DNA of 64,000 bases from Zancudomyces culisetae HAW-14-8 (lineage: Eukaryota > Fungi > Kickxellomycota), in NCBI GenBank assembly GCA_052426225.1, contig JBNJNM010000012.1:744001-808000 (forward strand), given 5' to 3'. The notes under the pieces are model-generated. The model saw only the letters and a program-made list of their open reading frames with translations, was not told where the DNA came from and ran no database searches. A program made the position numbers and the translations under genes. Shown piece by piece: positions 57,206-64,000 of the stretch (positions within the stretch are counted from its first letter, which is position 1; each line of letters opens with the position of its first letter).

Positions 57206-60200
57206 TCATTTTTGTAGAGACAAGGAGTTGAAGGCATAGACAGCCTCGGTCATCTGGCGTACAGGGGGTGCGCACTCAGGACCATTCCAGAGTTTGAACT
57301 GCTCAACACCCTGAGCAATCAAAACCTGTAGACCAGTGATGAGTTTCCAGGATGGATGGGAAGTCTGTACGTGAGTGAGGAGTGGGGTTAGGGTTGAGCC
57401 AGCAGTATATGCCATGTCGAGAACAATGCCTTCATTGCTACTCTGATTGTTACTGCCAGCTGTTTGTGAGGCAGAACGGGAGAATAGATGAGAGGGGTAG
57501 TCAGAGGAATCGACTGTGGATTGGGAAGGAGCTGGAATGGTGGAAATGATGATGCCGAAGGGATGAGCAGGCAAGAGTTGTGGGTCTGATAGTGAGGACA
57601 AGACTGTGACATGAGTAAAATCGATGGATGAAGCCAATTTTTCGGCATTTTCCAGAGTGCGGTTGTACAAGTAGATGTTGGCAACATTTAATTTGTGAAG
57701 AGCGTAAATAGCGGCACGAGAAGTTCCGCCAGCACCAATAACAAGAGCCGAAAGAGAATTGTTAGTACCGACAGTGTTGAGAGAGAGCGGTGTAGAGAGC
57801 AAAGAATTTGCGTTTTTTATGCACGAGATCATTCCCAAATAATCAGTATTGTCACCAACCATCTTGAGAAGGTTACGATCAATGTATAGAGGAGCTGCAT
57901 GAGCAGAGTGTGGGGCGTTATAGGAACATTTAGAATCAGAAGTTGAGGGTAGACGAGTCCTGATGATAGGGATGATAGTGTTCACAGCACCAATGGCCTT
58001 TGCAGCATCAGTGAGTTCATCCAACAAAGGAATGATGGACTGTTTGTTGGGAATAGTGACACTTGCACCACCAAACACATAGCCACAGTTCACTTTATTT
58101 TCCCCACCGCTACCAGTTCCACCATTGCAGCCGCGCAGGACTTTACCCGCGAATTCCTTGAGTTTCTGGGCATCCAGCTCGCCCAAGTTGACAGGGTATA
58201 ACGAGTAGTTGTGCGGCAGACCCAAGTACTCAAAGGCTGCATTGTGCATTGCGGGACTTGGAGATTTGGAGATAGGATCGCCAAACAAATAAAAGCGTTT
58301 GGAAGGTAGAGCACCCATAGTATGTAAGGTGTGGTGGATTTGGGCAACAGACAGTTGGCCGGGAGCAGCAGGAGTCTTAATAGAAGGATGGGTAACAGGA
58401 GTCAGTAGTGGACAGAGGATACGTGAGAACTGGCCAACATAGCTCATGTTGATGACTATCAGAGGTTTGTTTGCAGCGGATGTGCGAAGTTTGTTGGCAA
58501 AGATAACGGCACGTAGGTTGTCGTCCCAATCCCAAGCAAACGAAACCAGTTTGCCAATATCGGCATATTTGTTGATGTGCCACAGGTACGACTTGAGGTG
58601 ATCCAGAGCCGAACCAGTGGTTATAGTCCATCGCAGGTTTAGGCCAGTTGGGTCATGGTACGAAGCCAAGATCTGAGAGTGTTTGTAATAGGCAGATTTT
58701 CGAGTAGTGGTGGAAACTGAAATCAATAAACTGCAGTCCGCTGGGGTTTCGGAGTCGTAACCACCCATTTCCACATCGATGTACTCACAGCCAAACTCAA
58801 CACCACGTATGAGTAGTCGCTCTATTAGCTGCTGGTTATTTGGGAAATTGCCACCTTGGCTCTTTGATCGCACAGTGTAAACGATTGGCAAGCTGGTACG
58901 TCGACGCAGAGCTGCAACTTGCTGCAGTACATACAGTTCAAAGTCTTCAACCTGTTGCTCGGACCCTAGCAGATCCTTGCCTGCAGAATCCTTGTTGGCA
59001 GAGAATCGTGGATCGTTTAGAAGCAAATCTACTCGCAACTCCACTGCATTACATCCAGCTGTTATATCGCCAATCTGTTCTTTGGTATACTCGCAAACAT
59101 CAGCACACGTAAGCGATACAAAGAATGAACGCTGCAACGAGCTGAGATTTTGAATGACGTTTGTACCAGCTGTAACAAACTGAATCATTCGAACTGCATC
59201 ATCAACCATTTGACCCCATCCAAATTCTGGTTCAGAATGCACATACAGTGTATGTGTGCTGTGGCGCTTGTAGTCTGCCAACCGACGAGCAAATACTTCC
59301 TGTGGAGACTCGCCGAGTTTGTAAGCAGGACGTGTTTTGTCACGTCCCAAATATTCACTAACTTGGTTGATATCCGCATACAAATGCAACACGACATTCC
59401 CCACATTTTTCCACGCCATCACCAGTTCGGAAGATAGCTTGTTTTCCAATAATCCACCACCACACGATATTACCGTGTTTTTATTTGTGTCTTTGTTGCT
59501 TAAAACGGTTGCAAGGCACTTGGCTTCGGCTGTACGGAATCCATCCCATCCATCATCTGCTATGATTTCTGGAATTGTCTTTTTGTGTTGCTCTTCTAAA
59601 TACGTGTCCATATCAATAAAATTGTATCCCAACACATTGGCCATCTCTAAACCTAGTGTGGATTTACCGACTCCTCGCATTCCAATGATCAAAATTGAAT
59701 CTGTCTTTTTCTCAATCTCTTTTTTATCACTTGTTTTAACCTCAGTTGCTGCCGCTGCTGTCAATTCTGGTGCTGATGATGATGATGAGGTAGGAATATC
59801 ACATCCACGAATACAAATCTTGTACTTGGTGGTTAGCGCAGTCCACCATTGAGGCCAAGTCTTCCCCACACATCTTCGTTCGTCAAATACCAATCCTGGT
59901 CTAACCACTGATGCCAACACACTCAAACTCATAGCCACACGGTGGTCATCATAACAATGGATAACTATTGGTGTCTCGTTTCTTTGCTTTTCTTTTGCCT
60001 TGTCATTCAGTTCGTCCAAGCTGATACCTTTTACATCTATTCCGTCTGGATCCACTTCTGTCTTGATTCCCAGCTTTGCCAACTCAGTAGACAATGCGAC
60101 TATCCGATCACACTCCTTGACGTGCTGGTTTGCAATTCCTCTAATCTTTGTTATAGACTCTGTGCCTTCTTTTCCCGCCGTTGCCACCGCCGCCAATGCT

Positions 60201-62548
60201 GTTGCTGTCAAAAATGCATCTGTCATAGGCTCCATATCAATCATCGGAAGCGGCTTTAGACCTCCCAATGCTGGTCCTTGCACTGTTGTCGAGTTCTTTG
60301 TCTGTACAACATCGCATCCCATTGGTCGCAACACATCAACTGCAAACTTGGCATCGCCCTGAAGTGAGCCCGAACCAATGTTTGGAATTGTGCACTTGGT
60401 TCCTGTAATTGCGGCAAGTGCTAATGGATACGTAGCTGAACTTGCGTCACTCTCGACCCGGTATTCAGCTGGATTTGTGTAGCTGCTCTTTGGAATTCGG
60501 TAACGGTGTGTGTTTTTATCTCCCAACTTTTCCACATTCACTCCAAACGCAGACATCATTGCGATCGTCATATCAATGTAACTTTGTGATATCACTTGAT
60601 CACCAACCAATTCCAATTCGATTTCCTGCTGTGCGTATGGTGCACACATCAATAACGACGATACATACTGTGAACTAATTGATGCTGAAAGTTCCACCTT
60701 GCCCCCTGGTAATCCCTTGGTGCTATTACGTACTTTCAGCGGAAGACTTCCCTTCTTTTCTTGATACTCGATTTCACATCCATTGCTTCGCAGCGCATCT
60801 ACAAGTGCCCCAATTGGCCTCTCCTTCATTCGCGAGTTACCAGTAAGCACTGTGGTTTTTTCTTGTTCTGTAACTATCAAGTTAACAAACGTAGTCAAGA
60901 ATCGAGCCGCAGTACCTGCATTTCCAAGGTACAACTCGCGATCAGGAACCACCAAACCTTCACCCCCTCCTCCTTCGATCACCAATACCTCCTCCGTTTG
61001 CTGGTCTTCTGCCTCCTCCTGCTCCCAACTGACTTTACATGCACCCATTGCCACTAGCGCATCCAGCATCACCTGAGTATCGTCACTATGTAACATGTTG
61101 TGTATCTTACATTTTCCTTTACCCAGTGCTGCCAAGATAAGTGCTCTGTTAGATATAGATTTACTGCCTGGCGGAATTATTACTACCGCACTATCCTCAT
61201 TTCCCCCTTTACCAACGCCTTGTCGCTTTTGCAACTGCTCGGTGCTTTCAATTCCAAACACTTCAACCGACTTTGCCAACACTTCGCGTACTACATCGTC
61301 CTCTACACGCGACGCCTGTTCCTCAACCGTGTCTCCAATCTCTGAAAGCAAAACAACTCGTTTCTTATTTCCTACATTCTTTTTATCTACCTTCATTGTG
61401 TTCATCATGTTTTCCAATGTCACCCGCTTAAGTACTTGCGGTGGAACCATTTTGCTTACGTATGCCTCTTCATATGAAATCGGAAGCTCGTACTGTTTGA
61501 AACACTTTGCTAATCTGCCTACGCTGTTAGCATTCATATATCCAAGTCTATGTGACAGCTCGGCTTCCAACACGCATCCAATTGACACACACTCTCCGTG
61601 CAGCATGTACGGTGTCACAATGGCCTCCAACGCATGCCCAAGCGTGTGTCCAAAATTCAAAAGCCCCCGCAACCCTGATTCCCGCTCGTCAACTGTAACT
61701 ACATGAGCTTTCATCCGTACCGACGATGAAACTACTCTTAGCAACAGTTCTTGATCCTCCTTCTCGCTTTCACTCTTACCTTCTTTATCCCCTCCCTTCA
61801 ATGCTCTTCTGATGTTTTCACGGCTTCGTTCCAATACCTCAAACTCCTCCATACTCCAAATTGCAGCGCTTTTGATTACTTCTGCCATTCCATTGGCAAA
61901 CTCACGCTCTGGCAACGTAGTGAGCACTGCCATGTCCATGTACACTCGCTCGGGCTGCCAGAAACTTCCAATCAAGTTTTTTCCGTGATCTGTATCAATG
62001 GCTGTCTTTCCTCCAACACTTGAGTCCACCATTGCCAGTAATGAGGTCGGTAGCTGGATAAATCTCACTCCTCGCATAAACGTAGCCGCTACAAATCCCA
62101 CCAAATCACCAATAACTCCACCACCCAAAGCCATAACAACGGTGTCTCTAGTACACCCTTCCTTCAACATCCAATCTTCAAGCTCAGCCTTGGTGCTTCG
62201 GTTCTTTGACGATTCGCCAGGCTTGATAACAAGCGTCAGTAGCCTCGGTCGCTCTACGCTGCCACTTCCAGCAGTGCTCGCACCTTGGTCACCAGTTTTC
62301 CCGTATTTGGCTTCAATAGCTTGGTTGAAGGTTTCTACATACTTTTTCATATGTAGGCGCTGCAAGTTGCTATCGGTAATCAACACAAACGTAGTTGAAT
62401 ACGCCAAGTTGTTCAACAAGTCGTCCCAAATATAGCTGTGCATATTTCGACCCAAAATAATCGAGTCCTTGCCCAACACTGACACCTTTACCACTCCTTC
62501 GTGGCCTTCTTCTTTTGTCATCCTCGCAAGTTGTTTGGATTTTGCCAT
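57206..62548 (-). CDS. ARO1: Pentafunctional AROM polypeptide
   Basis: DHQ synthase (GGGVIGDL, DSSVGGKT, LNFGHTLGHA), EPSP synthase (PGSKSISNRAL, LGNAGTAARF, KECDRI, DDHRVAMS), shikimate kinase (GMRGVGKST), type I DHQase (ELRVD, SYHD, GKLV), shikimate dehydrogenase (SPSPAMHN, SVTIPNK, GAVNT, NTD, GAGG). Confidence 0.98.
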   Translation of the reverse strand: MAKSKQLARMTKEEGHEGVVKVSVLGKDSIILGRNMHSYIWDDLLNNLAYSTTFVLITDSNLQRLHMKKYVETFNQAIEAKYGKTGDQGASTAGSGSVERPRLLTLVIKPGESSKNRSTKAELEDWMLKEGCTRDTVVMALGGGVIGDLVGFVAATFMRGVRFIQLPTSLLAMVDSSVGGKTAIDTDHGKNLIGSFWQPERVYMDMAVLTTLPEREFANGMAEVIKSAAIWSMEEFEVLERSRENIRRALKGGDKEGKSESEKEDQELLLRVVSSSVRMKAHVVTVDERESGLRGLLNFGHTLGHALEAIVTPYMLHGECVSIGCVLEAELSHRLGYMNANSVGRLAKCFKQYELPISYEEAYVSKMVPPQVLKRVTLENMMNTMKVDKKNVGNKKRVVLLSEIGDTVEEQASRVEDDVVREVLAKSVEVFGIESTEQLQKRQGVGKGGNEDSAVVIIPPGSKSISNRALILAALGKGKCKIHNMLHSDDTQVMLDALVAMGACKVSWEQEEAEDQQTEEVLVIEGGGGEGLVVPDRELYLGNAGTAARFLTTFVNLIVTEQEKTTVLTGNSRMKERPIGALVDALRSNGCEIEYQEKKGSLPLKVRNSTKGLPGGKVELSASISSQYVSSLLMCAPYAQQEIELELVGDQVISQSYIDMTIAMMSAFGVNVEKLGDKNTHRYRIPKSSYTNPAEYRVESDASSATYPLALAAITGTKCTIPNIGSGSLQGDAKFAVDVLRPMGCDVVQTKNSTTVQGPALGGLKPLPMIDMEPMTDAFLTATALAAVATAGKEGTESITKIRGIANQHVKECDRIVALSTELAKLGIKTEVDPDGIDVKGISLDELNDKAKEKQRNETPIVIHCYDDHRVAMSLSVLASVVRPGLVFDERRCVGKTWPQWWTALTTKYKICIRGCDIPTSSSSSAPELTAAAATEVKTSDKKEIEKKTDSILIIGMRGVGKSTLGLEMANVLGYNFIDMDTYLEEQHKKTIPEIIADDGWDGFRTAEAKCLATVLSNKDTNKNTVISCGGGLLENKLSSELVMAWKNVGNVVLHLYADINQVSEYLGRDKTRPAYKLGESPQEVFARRLADYKRHSTHTLYVHSEPEFGWGQMVDDAVRMIQFVTAGTNVIQNLSSLQRSFFVSLTCADVCEYTKEQIGDITAGCNAVELRVDLLLNDPRFSANKDSAGKDLLGSEQQVEDFELYVLQQVAALRRRTSLPIVYTVRSKSQGGNFPNNQQLIERLLIRGVEFGCEYIDVEMGGYDSETPADCSLLISVSTTTRKSAYYKHSQILASYHDPTGLNLRWTITTGSALDHLKSYLWHINKYADIGKLVSFAWDWDDNLRAVIFANKLRTSAANKPLIVINMSYVGQFSRILCPLLTPVTHPSIKTPAAPGQLSVAQIHHTLHTMGALPSKRFYLFGDPISKSPSPAMHNAAFEYLGLPHNYSLYPVNLGELDAQKLKEFAGKVLRGCNGGTGSGGENKVNCGYVFGGASVTIPNKQSIIPLLDELTDAAKAIGAVNTIIPIIRTRLPSTSDSKCSYNAPHSAHAAPLYIDRNLLKMVGDNTDYLGMISCIKNANSLLSTPLSLNTVGTNNSLSALVIGAGGTSRAAIYALHKLNVANIYLYNRTLENAEKLASSIDFTHVTVLSSLSDPQLLPAHPFGIIISTIPAPSQSTVDSSDYPSHLFSRSASQTAGSNNQSSNEGIVLDMAYTAGSTLTPLLTHVQTSHPSWKLITGLQVLIAQGVEQFKLWNGPECAPPVRQMTEAVYAFNSLSLQK

Positions 62549-63720
62549 TTTGCGCTTGTTTTCCTTTTTCCTTTTCTCTTTTTTTCTCTTGCTTCCAATA
62601 GTTTTGTTTACTTTTTCAGATTTGTCCGTCCAACAACTAAAGATGAGCTTTTTCTCCTATATTTTTGTGTTTATAGACTGTTGTTGAGTTTACTAATTCT
62701 ACAATTCAATTTCAACAATTTGTGTTTTGGTATTTTTAGTTTGTGGTTTAGGTTCAAGCTGTGTTTATAGTTGAATATTTTGTTCAAGTACCTAATTTCT
62801 GACCCTTTTTTTCATTATGATTTTTTTTTTGGTTATTTGGATTTTATTGAATTGCTCGAAATTTATTGATTATCAAAAAATAATCTATTATTTTAACACA
62901 TCCAGCTAATCACTGATCAGCTTAATCCTTGCCAAAACTAAGAAAAAAATCAGAATGAAAAGCGAATGAAATTGTCGAAATCGAACTTTTAATCCCCACT
63001 ATTTCTCTGGTTTCTCTTATTTTTCATTTTTTTATAAAACCTTTTTAGTCATTACCATTCTTTTGATGTAATAAAAATAATATTAAAAAATAGGTTATAG
63101 CTTAGTGATTCATTTTGTTTTCCAACTTGTCTATACTTATCTGCATCAAGATAAATCGCTACAAATCAGTAAGCTGATCAAAGTACCGCTACTTATTCAC
63201 ATTCTAATATCCACAAACACTTGATACCCCTCTAGTATTCACAATGTATTCTTTTCTATCCTTTTTTCAGATGAATACTTTTATCTGCGGTTTAGGATCA
63301 TACCATACAAAACAATCTAGCTTTTCTTGATCTACTAAACTCAAGTTCGAATCATGTCGTTTTAGAATTTAATCTAAAGCCAAGAAAAGGAGCGGTTAAA
63401 CTAGCGTTGAATTGACCCTTGGTTGTAAACAGTGTTATTGTTCTCTGTTATACCCTCTAAGCTCTTGATCCACTTCCCAAGATCCAGCTTGAACTTTTAA
63501 ATCCAGACTTCAAAGACAAACATAAATATAAGAATAATCCATTACATATCTATAAAACACAAATAAAAGTATTCATAAAAAAAAACCCCACTCAGCATTC
63601 AAACAATAAAATAATTAAACAAATATAAACACCAAATCCTGAATGAAAAAAGAATAAAGCACAAAAAATATGAGTTTAGGTAGAAAAGTGGGAAAAAGTG
63701 ATGAAGGAGTGATAAATAAA

Positions 63721-64000
63721 CTACATTTCGCCACACTCCGAAATCACAACCGGAAGCTTGGGCCGGTTGTTCGGGCCAGTTGGGACATTTTCGATTTTGC
63801 GGAGTGTAACAAGACTGGTGCCATCATCCACAAGTTTACCAAAGACCACATGTTTACGATCCAAAAAATCGCATTTCTGGCAAGTAATAAAAAACTGACA
63901 GCCGTTCGTGTTCGGTCCGCTGTTAGCCATGGATAACAGCCCGGGACCGCTATGGCCTAGAGAAAAGTTTTCGTCGTCAAATTGGCGGCCACCATAAATT
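63721..64000 (-). CDS. Peptidyl-prolyl isomerase, cyclophilin H-like (3' part only)
   Basis: [41 protein letters not shown]...[26 protein letters not shown]; truncated by the window end. Confidence 0.9.
   Translation of the reverse strand, partial: IYGGRQFDDENFSLGHSGPGLLSMANSGPNTNGCQFFITCQKCDFLDRKHVVFGKLVDDGTSLVTLRKIENVPTGPNNRPKLPVVISECGEM

Noticed and set aside
57206-62548. ARO1 is longer than typical
   Set aside because: The extra length is low-complexity loop insertions; all five domains and catalytic motifs are standard.
8091-62770. Numerous 60-200 aa antisense or overlapping ORFs in the ORF track
   Set aside because: Shadows of long coding sequences or of low-complexity repeats; no independent motifs.
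20696-64000. Possible selenoprotein (in-frame TGA) genes, since some early-diverging fungi use Sec
   Set aside because: No TGA-interrupted redox-type ORF was seen.

Overview
AT-rich eukaryotic (fungal) genomic DNA with short GT-AG introns; the gene content and style suggest an early-diverging fungus, possibly a Harpellales insect-gut fungus (inference, not verified). The left 17.7 kb is a head-to-tail stack of LTR retrotransposons. In order: a decayed chromodomain Ty3/gypsy element (1-4080), a 3.2 kb block of hairpin-rich LTR-like relics (4086-7307), and two intact, related but diverged single-ORF Ty3/gypsy elements (7308-12649 and 12655-17735). All three gypsy elements lie on the + strand, and junctions are only a few, mostly CA-rich, bases. 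The stack ends 8 bp upstream of a tRNA-Val(AAC) gene (17744-17817), and apparent element age increases with distance from the tRNA. This suggests a polar, tRNA-anchored insertion array, the most interesting signal here. The right 46 kb is gene-rich: Xaa-Pro aminopeptidase, PAQR receptor, a catalytically altered (D>R) CENP-B/pogo-derived protein, trypsin, SDR, an NAD(P)-binding protein, an atypical P5 ATPase with a Cys-rich ectodomain, a GDA1/CD39 apyrase, two CFEM-like GPI proteins, two low-complexity hypothetical proteins, ARO1 and the 3' end of cyclophilin H. All calls come from reading motifs by eye; no database searches were run.
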